Under the pieces are notes generated by a model, which was not told the DNA's origin, ran no database searches, and was given only the letters and a program-made list of their open reading frames with translations. The position numbers and the translations under genes were made by a program. Source: Eledone cirrhosa (Eukaryota). Taken from it: 64,000 nt of DNA. The stretch is taken from the NCBI GenBank assembly GCA_964016885.1, contig OZ024740.1, positions 193,006,001 to 193,070,000 on the forward strand, written 5' to 3'. How positions within the stretch are numbered: position 1 is the first letter of the stretch; every line of letters begins with the position of its first letter. This document shows positions 52,622 through 64,000 of this stretch, in pieces.

Positions 52622-54702
52622 TCTTTATATATATAAAAGCGAGGATGTGTGTGTGTCTGTGTACAACTTTGCATACTTAAGGCTTTTACAATTACCAACT
52701 AACTGAATTTGACCAGATTTTCTGTGCACGTTGTATATGTCGCTAAGATTGTCACACCACAAACATTTTTCAAATCGACCCACGTTGAGCAAGAAAAAAT
52801 CGATATCAAAATTATAGGTAGAAAAATTGATGTAAGGGAGATAACCAACGTTATTGACAATCCTTATAAAAAAGGGAGATAACCAACTTTTCAGAAATAT
52901 AAACATCACATTCATTTGAAGATAAATCACTAATATTATCGTTTGTTTCTTGTTTATTCTTTGTTGCACTTCCAAAGTTAAAAAAACACTTGTTGTTTTA
53001 ACTTGTTTCACTATATTAAGTGCTAATTTTCGTGTTAAGGGCCTAATCTCGCAGCAGTCTCGAATTGACGAGATTTTGATGATGGTTTGTTTATTTTTAG
53101 AACAATCGTTATGGGCCTTTCCATTCAAACCATTGAGACCTACAACTTTTACATTTTTAAAACTTTCATAAGCCATGTTGATACAAAAAAATGTGTTGCA
53201 CTTTGAAAGTTAACTGTAACGCTTCAATTCATACATTTTGACTTTATAACTTTTCACCAAATATGCCCCGTAAAAGAAAACATGCACATATTGGCTATCG
53301 GTCTAAGAAAACAATGTGTGTAAATGACGCTTCACCGATAACCGAAAATAGATAATCACTAAATGCGGTGAGTACAGTTATTGCAACACCTTTGTCCGCT
53401 GCTGAGCGTCGGTTAGTGTGGCAAACCAATAATGCTAAAGCATCTGCTGCAGCACGAGCTGCAGAGACTACAGAGCAACGTGAAACACGCCTTGCTATGG
53501 ATGCTACAGATACTGCTGCAGCAAGATCTGCAGAGACAGTAAAAAAAAATATGAAAGACGCCGTGCGCGTAATGCTTCAGCTAATGTTACAGCAAGAGCA
53601 ATTGAGACTGAGCAAGAACGTCAAAGTCGGCATTTGAGAAATGCTTCAGCTACTGCTACGGCACGAGCTGTAGAGACTGTAACAAATCGAGCTATTCGGC
53701 TGGAGGGTAACGCTCAACGTAGAGCTTTATCGCGGGTTATTTCAAAGGCATCACGCTCATGATGGTACCTTAAGGCAGTTAATTATGACTCTAATATAAA
53801 CTATCACATCTATCCTGATATTCTAATATATGCCATGTCAAATACTTGCCAACATTGTAAAGCTAAAAAGTGTGTGTGTGTGGTGGGGGGGGGGATCAGC
53901 AGGAATGAGCTGCTCCAACGGTAAGGTTAATTTGACCACCCTTAGGGAACCACCGCAACCTCTCCAGATGCTTCTAACAGGTAAGCATTCACAAACACGT
54001 GATTTACTGAAGCATATCCGACAGTACAGCATTGCGTTTCAAGCGACCTCTTTCGGTGCAAAACGTCTGAAAGAATATGGATTTATGCCGACTTTCAAAG
54101 TACAGGGCCAGGTGTATCATATCATTGGATCACTGCAACCGTTGCCTACTAAAGAGCCACACTTTTTACAGGTTTACTTTATTGTTAGCTGTCATCAGCA
54201 AGCAGATCGACGGCAATCGTACACTTCAGACACTAAATTGGAACTCTTGATTGAACTCCAAGACATCCTTCACTCTAACAATATAAAGCTTCACATATGC
54301 TTTAGAAGAAACACCTTCGCCAAATTACGATATGGTCATTTACGCTGATGCTCTCAAAGAATAGATTTTCTCTTATTCTACTATCATTATTTTTTTGTTT
54401 GTATACAACTCTGCTTTCATTACAACTTTTTGTATTTAAGGAAAACTGCCTGTTTTTTTACAGATTTGCAGCGTGTATTGTCTTTAATCATTTATATAAC
54501 TACATCCTGTTCAGAGTTTTTCCTTCATTATCAGCATAGTTTTATGTGTAAAAAGATTGCACTAAATATTCGTTTGCATTAATTATTGAAAACTTCTGCT
54601 TATTTTGACAGGTTGGGGACAAATAATGTTATTCTGTTACTTCCTAGCTGTATATTCTTAGCATAATTTCAAACCCCGAGCAACGCCGGGTAAATCTGCT
54701 AG
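52622..54702 (+). mobile_element. Helitron deletion derivative retaining the N-terminal RepHel region
   Basis: A|TCTTTATATATATAAAA 5' end. 3' hairpin cccgagcaacgccggg then CTAG|T at 54699-54703. Internal MPRKRK start, RAAETTEQRETRL repeats, CQHCKA..SAGMSCSNGKV, IRQYSIAFQATSFGA, PTFKVQGQVYHIIGSL, FLQVYF. Confidence 0.92.
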
Positions 54703-54974
54703 TATAATATAAAATGAAAAATGACTATTTGAATAAAGAAACATTTAAATATTAACATGCACATACAAATAAAAGATATGTATCTATATTGTGACATATT
54801 GTGTTAATGTGAATTAACTGCTATTGTTAGTATTTCTGCCTCAACACAAATTATATTTACAAACATTCGATGTAATATACACAGAGACGCACACACCAGA
54901 AACACATACAGACACATACACAGACAAACAAATACAGGCACACACACAGACAACATATATATATATATATATAA

Positions 54975-56045
54975 ATATAAATTAGCGAGAATCGTATTTC
55001 GGCCTATGAATTAACGAAAAACAACTTCCGGATGTGGCAAGCACTCAATGATTGTAAATGCGTAAAATCCACCATTTGGGTTTCTGCGACTCCTAAATCA
55101 AGTACTGTCCGCTTACATAAATAAATAATGTTAGGCTTCTGGTAAGATGATTGAACAAGGAAGCCACTTTTTCAACAGGTTTTAGTTCAATGCTAATTTA
55201 AAGAATGACTGTTACTGACCCCACGTGGGGTTCGGCAAGGGAGGAAACCCTTATTTTAGGCGAATTAATTCAGTTGTGTATATTATTGCAAGAATGCAAA
55301 ACATCACACATCGAATAAAGCTCTCAACAGAATCGTTAAAATTAACATAAGCTATTCATCAGGGAATAGTATCAACTAAAAAAATCAAGAAAATTAACTG
55401 GTCAATAGCTAGACTCTGGAGATTAATACAAATATAAATTAGCGAGAATCGTATTTCGGCCTATGAATTAACGAAAAACAACTTCGGAGATGTGTGGCAA
55501 GTGCTCAATGATTCAGATGAACCAGAGCTACAACATACGTTAAAGGCCAAACACACTGAGACGATGGTTAAACAAGCATCCGCACAGCCCAAAAAACGAT
55601 CAAGTAATTCGGGTCAAACAAATAAAAATATATCTGATTGAAAATTTACCCGGACCCCTGGATAGTTGGTAAAATCCAGCATTTGGGTTTCTGCAACTCC
55701 TAAATCAAGTTCTGTCCGCTTACATGAATAAATCATGTTAGGCTTCTGGTAAGAGGATTGAACAAGGAAGCCATTTTTTCAACAGGTTTTAGTTCAATGC
55801 TAATTTAAGGAATGACTGGTACCGACCCCACGTGGGATTCGGCAAGGGAGGCAACCCTTATTTTAGGCGAATGAATTCAGTTATGTATATTATTGCAAGA
55901 ATGCAAAACATCATAAATCGAATAAAGCTCTCAACAGAATGGTTAAAGTTAACATAAGCTATTCATCAGTCAATAGAATCAACTAAAGACATCAAGATAA
56001 TTAACTGGTCAATAGCTAGACTCTGGAGATTAATACAAATATATA
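54975..56045. repeat. Tandem duplication (units of about 460 and 610 bp; the second has an extra segment of about 140 bp)
   Basis: Units start atataaattagcgagaatcgtatttcggcctatg at about 54975 and 55432, and both end gactctggagattaatacaaat. Confidence 0.9.
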
Positions 56046-56099
56046 TATATATATAGTAAAAGAAAACAAAAGCGCTTATAACATCAATCAATTTTTATT

Positions 56100-56146
56100 C
56101 GCTGACAGTGTTTCATCCATACCATGGGGAAGGACTCATCAGAGCA
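56100..56146 (-). ncRNA. Minimal type I hammerhead in a terminal repeat (about 56053-56305); inverted copy at about 58085-58332
   Basis: Minus strand: tgct CTGATGA gtcc ttccccatggtat ggat GAAA cactg TC agcg, triplet GUC. The plus copy at 58237-58283 has a perfect cgct/agcg stem I but core CTGATGT. Confidence 0.8.
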
Positions 56147-57205
56147 TTGAAAAAAAATACAGTAATGGAGATAAGCTCTGCCGACCTACATCAGAAGAAC
56201 AATAGATATATGGTACAGGATCATAGGATAATAGTGAGACTGGAGATGATACATAATAGTGTTGTTAGTCAGAGTAAGGAAAAATAAGGAAAAATAAAAT
56301 AAACTGAAGTAATCACACAAGAGATAGATGCACATGAAGGAATCAGTCAAGGCGATAAAGAAAAAAGAAAGAATACTCAAAAATTAAAAAAAATTACAAA
56401 ATGAATTAAAAAATGAAAAAATAATAAAAAATAAAAATAATTAAAAAATTAAAAATATTAAAAAGTAATTTAAAAAATAAAAAAAATATTTAAAAAATCA
56501 TAATTAAAAATAGTTAAAAATAATTAAAAATAATTTAAAAAAAAATAAAAAAAATAAAAAAATGTAAAAATCGAAATTAAAAACTAATTCAAAAAATAAT
56601 TTTAAAATATTTATTTAACAAAATAATTAACAAGAGAGAGGGGAAGGCATAGATGCATATGAGGGTACACAAACGCAAGGAGAGAAAGCATGCATTGGTC
56701 ACAGTCGAATAGATATAGGCCAGATGATTTCCCATGACAAAGAGTCTTATGTCCTATAGTTTCACAGGGTGAGCCACAGCGCACACGGATATTACAGTTG
56801 TCAAAGTAGGGATATCCAGCAGATAAATTACAATAGGACTAGGCATCAATCGCGGTGTCATATAGAAAAGTGCCATGTAGCCCTTAAAGTATGGTAATAA
56901 GATTCAGAGGGGATTTATTATTCTCTAAATTCAGCACGGTTAGGGTAACCATAACCTAGTGCTGCAGAGCAGATAAGAAGCGTTAGTCTTGCATAACGAT
57001 GGGTACGGGCAGAAGCAGGAAAACAAGCAATTTAGGGTAAGTGTATAGAAGAAGCTAAATCAATCAATTCACAACGAACAATTCGTAACAGACAGGTCAT
57101 ACATGTATTAAACTATGTTTGAGGCATATCCGCAAGGGGAACAAAAAACATATATATGTCGTCAGTAGATGGTAACTCACGAAATTTCACAACATATATA
57201 GACAC

Positions 57206-57241
<36 letters not shown>

Positions 57242-57256
57242 GTGTCTATATATGTT

Positions 57257-57317
<61 letters not shown>

Positions 57318-57509
57318 TAGATAGATACAGATAGGTAAATATACACGGGTGCGTATGATTGTGTATAGAAGATTATATTAATAAGAGGAATTCCAACTTT
57401 GTCTGATTTACTCGTTTTATTTACAATCCTTTAAAATATATATAATATGGTATTATAAGGAAATAGTATGATAGAATGAGTAAATCAGACAAAGTTGGAA
57501 TTCCTCTTA

Positions 57510-57584
<75 letters not shown>

Positions 57585-58430
57585 TTCATAGATGGTATTC
57601 CAGTTTTGTTAATACATCCACATGTATGTATCATAATGTATAGTACTATATGTTATGAGCCGGTGTCAAAATCAAAATCCTCATAAAAGTAGTGCTCCAG
57701 ATTACGGTATTATACTATTCACAATCACCGACAGTAATGTACATATAATTCCATGTTCCGAGTGTATTATTGTCCGAACATTATAGCAGTAGTTTGTTGA
57801 CTATTCACATGAAGTCCGTGGTTAGACAAACAAACTTAAAATATAATATAATTGTTTCTACGTTAGGCACAAGGCCAGCAATTACCCAGTGTATTACTGG
57901 TACTTTATTTTATCGACCCCGTAAGGATGAAAGGCAAAGTTTAATATAATATAATATAACATGACATATACAATATACAAGTGTTCAGAACGAATCAGTA
58001 ATTCTGCCCAGCGCAACTGTGAGTCGATTAACTCATACATGTGTTCATTAACTAAACAAGACATCGACCATATGATGTTTATTTTATTTATCCTTATTTT
58101 TCCTTACTCTGACTAATAACCCTATTATGTATCATCTCCATTCTCACTATTATCCTATGATCCTGTACCATATATCTATTGTTCTTATGATGTAGGTCGG
58201 TAGAGCTTATCTTCATTATTGTATTTTTATTTTCAACGCTCTGATGTGTCCTGCCCCATGGTATGGATGAAACACTATCAGCGAATAAAAATTGATTGAT
58301 GTTATAAGCGCTCTTTGTTTTCTTTTACTATAGCGGCTCTGTCTTCGTACATTGAGCTAACAAGATACTGTGAGAAGTAATACACAGTACAGGTGTGTTT
58401 TTGTTTACACATACGCTCTGCTATCTAAGC

Positions 58431-58496
<66 letters not shown>

Positions 58497-59170
58497 CAAG
58501 TTGGAAATCTGTTTTTCTTTTTTTATCCTTTCTTTGATTCGTTAAAGTGATATTATTGAAAAAATGAGAGGGACAATTCTTTTAAAAATACGTTTTATAA
58601 TGTATATAAAATATATAAGGTATTACCGGTTTCGATGTATTATTAACATTCATCTTATGGGGGGATTGGCAGTATCGTAAAATGTCGGACTCCATGCTTT
58701 GCAGCATAGAGTTACGCCCCTTTATAGTATGAGTTCAAATCCTGCTGAGGTTCACTTTGCCTTTCATCCTTATGGCGTCGATAAAATAAAGTACCTCTAA
58801 TGTACTGGGATAATTGCTGGCCTTATGCCAAAAGTAGAAACAATTATTAAAATTGATCTTATCAAATGTTGAGTATTGAAATAAAAAATTTAAAAGAATT
58901 AATAGGAGTTAAAATTTAAAGATTAAAGATTTAAAATTAAAATCAAATGTTGGAGTAAGTTTTTCCCCATCTTTCATGCTGAGCAATGAAAGAGAAGATG
59001 AAAATAGAAAAACAGACCCTTAAATGTATTTTCCGTGCTATTTCCAACTTCACCTTTTCTCTATATCCACTGTTTTCTATAGAACCTTACTTCCCTTTTC
59101 TAATATATATATATATAGTTAAAGAATGAAGATTAACATGGTTGGCTGTACAATAAGTCTTTATTTAAAG

Positions 59171-59280
59171 CACTGACAATTGTTTCGTTGATCATGTGGG
59201 TCTAGAGTTCGTTAATCGCTTGATCTTGCGTTATTCGATCTCCAATACATTATTCACCTATGGTCAACACATCAGAGTAT
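59171..59280 (-). ncRNA. Degenerate hammerhead with a stem II loop of about 70 nt; homologue at 42406-42518 (+)
   Basis: Minus strand: tact CTGATGT gttgacca...tgatcaac GAAA caattg TC agtg. Shares the downstream aaataaa...ttgtacagcc.accatgtt with 42520-42552. Partial inverted copy at 59298-59339. Confidence 0.6.
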
Positions 59281-59816
59281 GTACATATCTACATACGATT
59301 AGCGAACTCTAGACCCACATGATCAACGAAACAATTGCCATAATTTCGATTTAGATTAAATTCATTTAACTTATTTTATCTTAATTTTGGATTTAGATAT
59401 ATATATACGGCTCCTTAATTGTAGAGCTATTTCTGTTGAAGAGAATTTGACTGTTATTTCTAGTTGTCTAAAACCTATTCACGCCACTGAAACGAAACCG
59501 CTATCTTGTGTAGACACAACACGTGGTAGCGGCTAGATGAAGATGTGTGCTCATTCTGTAAGGACGAATAGCTGGACATCATTACACTTTCCTTGTTGAC
59601 AATCCAATAATATCCACTTTCCGTGACTTACCATCTGATTAATTGGTGAAATATATTTCTTTAATGGGATATATACAAGGAAGGTTAATCACTCTTAAAG
59701 GTAAATATTACCTATACTAGCTATGCGTGGTACACGCGAGCAAAAATAATCTCCTGTGATTATTCATGTATATTTATATGTTAATCGATTTCTAGTTATT
59801 ATATATATATATATAT

Positions 59817-61220
59817 ATATTGCTATACTTTGGGAGGGTCAGGTTGCCAATAAGAAACACACGCACCAGTTGCTTTCACTTCAATTTATTATATATTTAT
59901 AAATTTATAAATTTACAAATTTACAAACTTATAAATTTCTGGTTGGTTGGTTGGTTTCACAACCAGATAGTTGTTTATATATAGTCATAGTCCTTTCGTC
60001 ACACACTCTGTGACCTCTTCAGTGACTGGGGATTCCTTTCTTTGTTTCTGTGCTTTTCCTTTCTTCTATCCTACGCCATTTTGTTTCTGTGTGTGTGTTG
60101 TGTGCTCAGTTTGCGCATGCGCCACATCCGGGTGTCTGTGTGTGTTTGTGTTCATTTATCTATTTGTTTATTTATTTATTTATTTATTGTTGATTGGTTG
60201 TTTGTTCTATGTGTGTGTGTGTTTTCATTTTGTCCTGTGTGTGTTTTCATTTTGTCCTTAATTGTAAGTTGTTTGTTCTATGTGTGTGTGTGTTTTCATT
60301 TTGTCCTGTGTGTGTTTTCATTTTGTCCTTAATTGTAAGTTGTGATGTTGCTGTTCCACTCATATTTTCTATTTAATTTTGGTTTTAATTCTTTTATGCT
60401 TACTGCCTCTGTAATTTGCCTAAACATTGCGTCTTTTCTGTGTGTGGATTCTATTTTTATTTATATGCTCTCTAATCTACCCCTGTGTTCTATCTTAGCA
60501 TGTTGGTAGAGCACAGATGATTCTTTATTATCTTGGAGGTCTCGCCAGTGTTCATTTATTCGTTCCCCTATACTACGAGCTGTCTCACCTATGTACACTA
60601 TATTTTTGTTTCTACATTGTCCTTCAGTACATCTTATGCTATACACTACATTTCTAGTTTTACAGTTAATATGGGGGCTTATTTTACAGGTTATACATTT
60701 CTTATCTATACATGAGGGTCTTCGGAACGGGTATGTCTTGCTAATAAGTGTTTTTACGGAGGTACCTGGTCTTTCTACTATCTTAATATTGAGATTATGT
60801 TTATTTAGGGCCCTTCTAAATTTGTAGGCTAGTTCGCCTCTAGGGGTTGTATTGATGAACATTACACTCTGGTATTTATTGCTATCATACCATGAGTTTA
60901 TTCTATTGGCCTTGTTCCTAGTTCTTTCTATTCTATTCCAAAATTTGCTCCTATACAAGGGGCAGGTCCCATTTATGTCATTATTTACCATTTTTTCCCA
61001 TTTGGTTCTGGCTCCTTTATACACTCTGATTCGGATAGAATCAGGACTATGACTATATATAAACAACTATCTGGTTGTGGAACCAACCAACCAACCAGAA
61101 ATTTATAAGTTTGTAAATTTGTAAATTTATAAATTTATAAATATATAATAAATTGAAGTGAAAGCAACTGGTGCGTGTGTTTCTTATTGGCAACATGACC
61201 CTCCCAAAGTATAACAATAT
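59817..61220 (-). mobile_element. 5'-truncated PLE (C-terminal Cys linker + GIY-YIG) between inverted terminal repeats of about 178 bp
   Basis: ORF 60461-61066: CPLYRSKFW, VMFINTTPRGEL, IKIVERPG, C..C..C...CKTRNVVYSIRC...YIGETARSIGERINEH. Inverted repeats at 59817-59994 and 61043-61220. Tandem duplication of about 72 bp at about 60198-60341. Confidence 0.92.
59983..60027 (-). ncRNA. Minimal type I hammerhead ribozyme in the PLE 3' terminal repeat
   Basis: Minus strand: agtca CTGAAGA g gtcaca gagtg tgtgac GAAA ggac TA tgact. Perfect stem I and a 6-bp stem II. Confidence 0.85.
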
Positions 61221-61881
61221 CGGTTTCAACACACGATTTCAGATAAAGAATCTTGCTAAACAAATTCAGAAACGAAATATATATATATATATATTTACAT
61301 ACATATATATATATTATTCAAATCCCATTACATTAACATAATTTATCGATGGCCATCACACTTCTTTGTATTTCTTATCTTAAATTTATCTTTCAACTTC
61401 AGTGTATATCGTTCATCTCTGCTATGAATCAAGAGTGGATTATATTTGGAAAAATGATTCATAGAGGAATGTGTATTTGCAATCTAAATACACTTCACAT
61501 TAAATGCAGACGTCTGCTGCTTCATTTCATTTTTGAAATTTATAATAACATTGAGAATTTCGGTCATAGAGAGAGACTAAGGTAAGAGTATGTTAAGATT
61601 TTCCTTCTAAATCGATTCGCTCGGAATTGTAAGAGATGATAAATGTGTAACTTCGGAGACGATCGGAAGCTCGTGCTTTTTATATGATAGAAGTAAGAGT
61701 GGTTTATATCTCTATAGTTATGCAATGATTGGAATGATTCCTACTGGATACTCAGCCTGTAAATGAATAGCCAAATTAGATTATATTCTCTCTAACTACC
61801 ATATTGTACACAGATGCAATTTGTAAGAGATCAGAAAATGGGCCGAATTACACACACGTACGCGCACACTTGCATACACAC

Positions 61882-61969
<88 letters not shown>

Positions 61970-61970
61970 T

Positions 61971-62023
<53 letters not shown>

Positions 62024-62029
<6 letters not shown>

Positions 62030-62807
62030 CAGATTAAAGTTTAAGCAAAGAATCGCTGATTTCACCCTTAACGGGATCTTCTGAAACTAACAAAGTCAAT
62101 CTGTGAACGTAGAAGTGAATATTTCAAAAAACGTTGCAACCGGAGGAAGACAGGAAGACGATACTTTGGTTCGTGGAAACGTTCCCTGGCAAAGATCGGG
62201 AAAACACGAATATAATACGTCATTATTTGGAGCTGTGAAAAACAATTACACACAAAGACAAAACCACGTTTATGGTATAAAAGATGTCGTAGACTAATAT
62301 TCTATTGTGTGGTTCATAGAGACGTTCTCTGGCAATGAACGGAAACAACGAAGATAATACGTCATATGTGGTGCGGGGAGAATAATTGCACGCAAAGACA
62401 AAACCACGTAAATCGTATAACTGAAGTCGTAGACTAAAATTGTAACTAGGAAACCGAATGATTTTAGGCTTCAGAGTTAAGAATAAAATAAATAAAATAC
62501 AGAGGTAATAGAAATTAAATAAATACATACACGCATCCAAATGCGTACACACACAATCACACGCGAAAACACTCGCCACAGGTACACAAACACACGCACG
62601 TACACACAAAAAAATGCCCGCACGCACATACAGAACCCACGTAACTTTGTTAGTTTCAGAAGATCCCGTTAAGGGTGAAAGCAGCGATTCTTTGCTTAAA
62701 CTTTAATCTGTTATTTTAATAATATTTGCTCTACGGTTATTATATATTTGATATATATATTTATCCTTATCGAGCCTTCTTTGGATTCTAGTCGTCAAAT
62801 TTATTAG

Positions 62808-62871
<64 letters not shown>

Positions 62872-63398
62872 GTGTGTGTGTATAATTTCGTACGTGTGCG
62901 GGTACTGGTATCGCGCGGGTTTATGTATGTGTGCGCGTCTTTATGTGTACCTGCTTGTATATATATGCATGGCGGGTGTTTCGCGTATGCATGTGTATGC
63001 GTGTATGTATATATTTAATTATTGTTGATTTCAATAACCTCTGTCATTTTCCTTCTACTAAATTATTTACATTATTCTTAACTCTGAAGCCGAGAACCAT
63101 TCGGTTTCCTAGATAGAATATTAGTCTACGACTTTATTTATACCATAAGCGTGGTTTTGTTTCTGCGTGTAATTGTTCTCCCGTCCCACATAATGACGTA
63201 TTATCTACGCTTTTTTCCGTTCATTGCCATTCAGAACCAAAGTATTGTCTTCCTCTTTTCCCTCGGTCACAGCGTTTTTCGAAACATTTACTTCTGCGTT
63301 CACAGTTTGATTTGATTTTTTTAGTTTCAGAAGATCCCGTTAAGGGTGAAAGCAGCAATTCTTTGCTTAAACTTTAATCTGTTATTTTAATAAATAAA
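62024..63398. mobile_element. Cluster of PLE family A terminal repeats (62024-62640 minus; 62645-62810 and 63055-63398 plus)
   Basis: Three copies of agtttcagaagatcccgttaagggtgaaa.cagc.attctttgcttaaactttaatctgttatt, plus the adjoining UTR. Confidence 0.85.
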
Positions 63399-63414
63399 TA
63401 TATATATATAAAGA

Positions 63415-63860
63415 AAAAAAGATGAAATCGAAAATGCAACTGGAGTCTTATTTTTTTTAAAATTATATATATTTGGGGGGTTCCATTACCGGTTTCGCAG
63501 TCCTTCTGCTTTTCAAAAGTAGAGTTGAGATGAAGGCTCTGTGGTTTTTCTCACATATGGTTGGTCTTTGAATGTTACTTGTTTTATATGGAAAAAAGTG
63601 GCTCGAAACGCCAGGTTTTTGCAGAAGTAATTTGATTGGTTGGTCAATAAGTATAATACATTTCGCGCCAGTTCGCGTTACAAAGTCATGATTTCATTTA
63701 TAACCAATCAAATTACATTTATTTTAAATAAGCCTTCGTGAGTCACTTTTTTAAAGTTAAAAGAAATTCAAACAATCTTACGCGTAAGCTGATATTATTC
63801 ACGTGACTACAACAACCAACCAAACTTCACACTTATATGAAAAAACAACCTGCTATATTC
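63415..63860. repeat. Interspersed repeat related to about 49370-49530 and 19560-19980, with a degenerate hammerhead at 63483-63520 (-)
   Basis: Shared aaaagatgaa.t.gaaaatgcaactggag...taccggtttc.cag...ctgctttt.aaaagtag. Minus strand: ttgaaaa gcag aagga ctgc GAAA ccgg TA. Confidence 0.6.
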
Positions 63861-64000
63861 ACTGAACCAGAACAATTCTCCCATCCTCTTTCTCTTGACC
63901 ATTATCTTTTGTTTGTCATAAAATTCTCTAAAAGGCTACAAAATAAATTCACAAATACAGGCACGTAATTTAATGAACTTGTTCACGTGACAGCATAATT

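Noticed and set aside
52625-53176. 183-aa minus-strand ORF
   Set aside because: It is antisense to the Helitron 5' non-coding region and has no recognisable motif.

Overview
This is AT-rich animal genomic DNA dominated by transposon remnants and (TA)n/(CA)n/(ATT)n microsatellites. The abundant SINE resembles, from memory, the one in octopod cephalopods, so that taxon call is an inference. I can recognise no intact host gene, rRNA, tRNA or CRISPR array, and most short ORFs in the track are microsatellite artefacts. Recognisable elements are two R4/Dong-type LINE remnants, one Tx1-clade LINE, two RTE remnants, three Helitrons with paired termini, about ten SINE copies and at least five Penelope-like element (PLE) coding remnants (RT and/or C-terminal GIY-YIG). 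The main signal not explained by the ORF track is a dense set of type I hammerhead ribozyme (HHR) folds that I paired by hand: more than 20 copies from about ten unrelated repeat families, mostly in PLE terminal repeats. Some have canonical cores. Others show family-wide non-canonical cores (CAGAAGA in a 7-copy family, CCGATGA in another), very long stem II insertions, or foldback mini-elements inverted at ribozyme helices and inserted in (TA)n. All folds are manual and activity is untested. Coordinates of degenerate elements are approximate.
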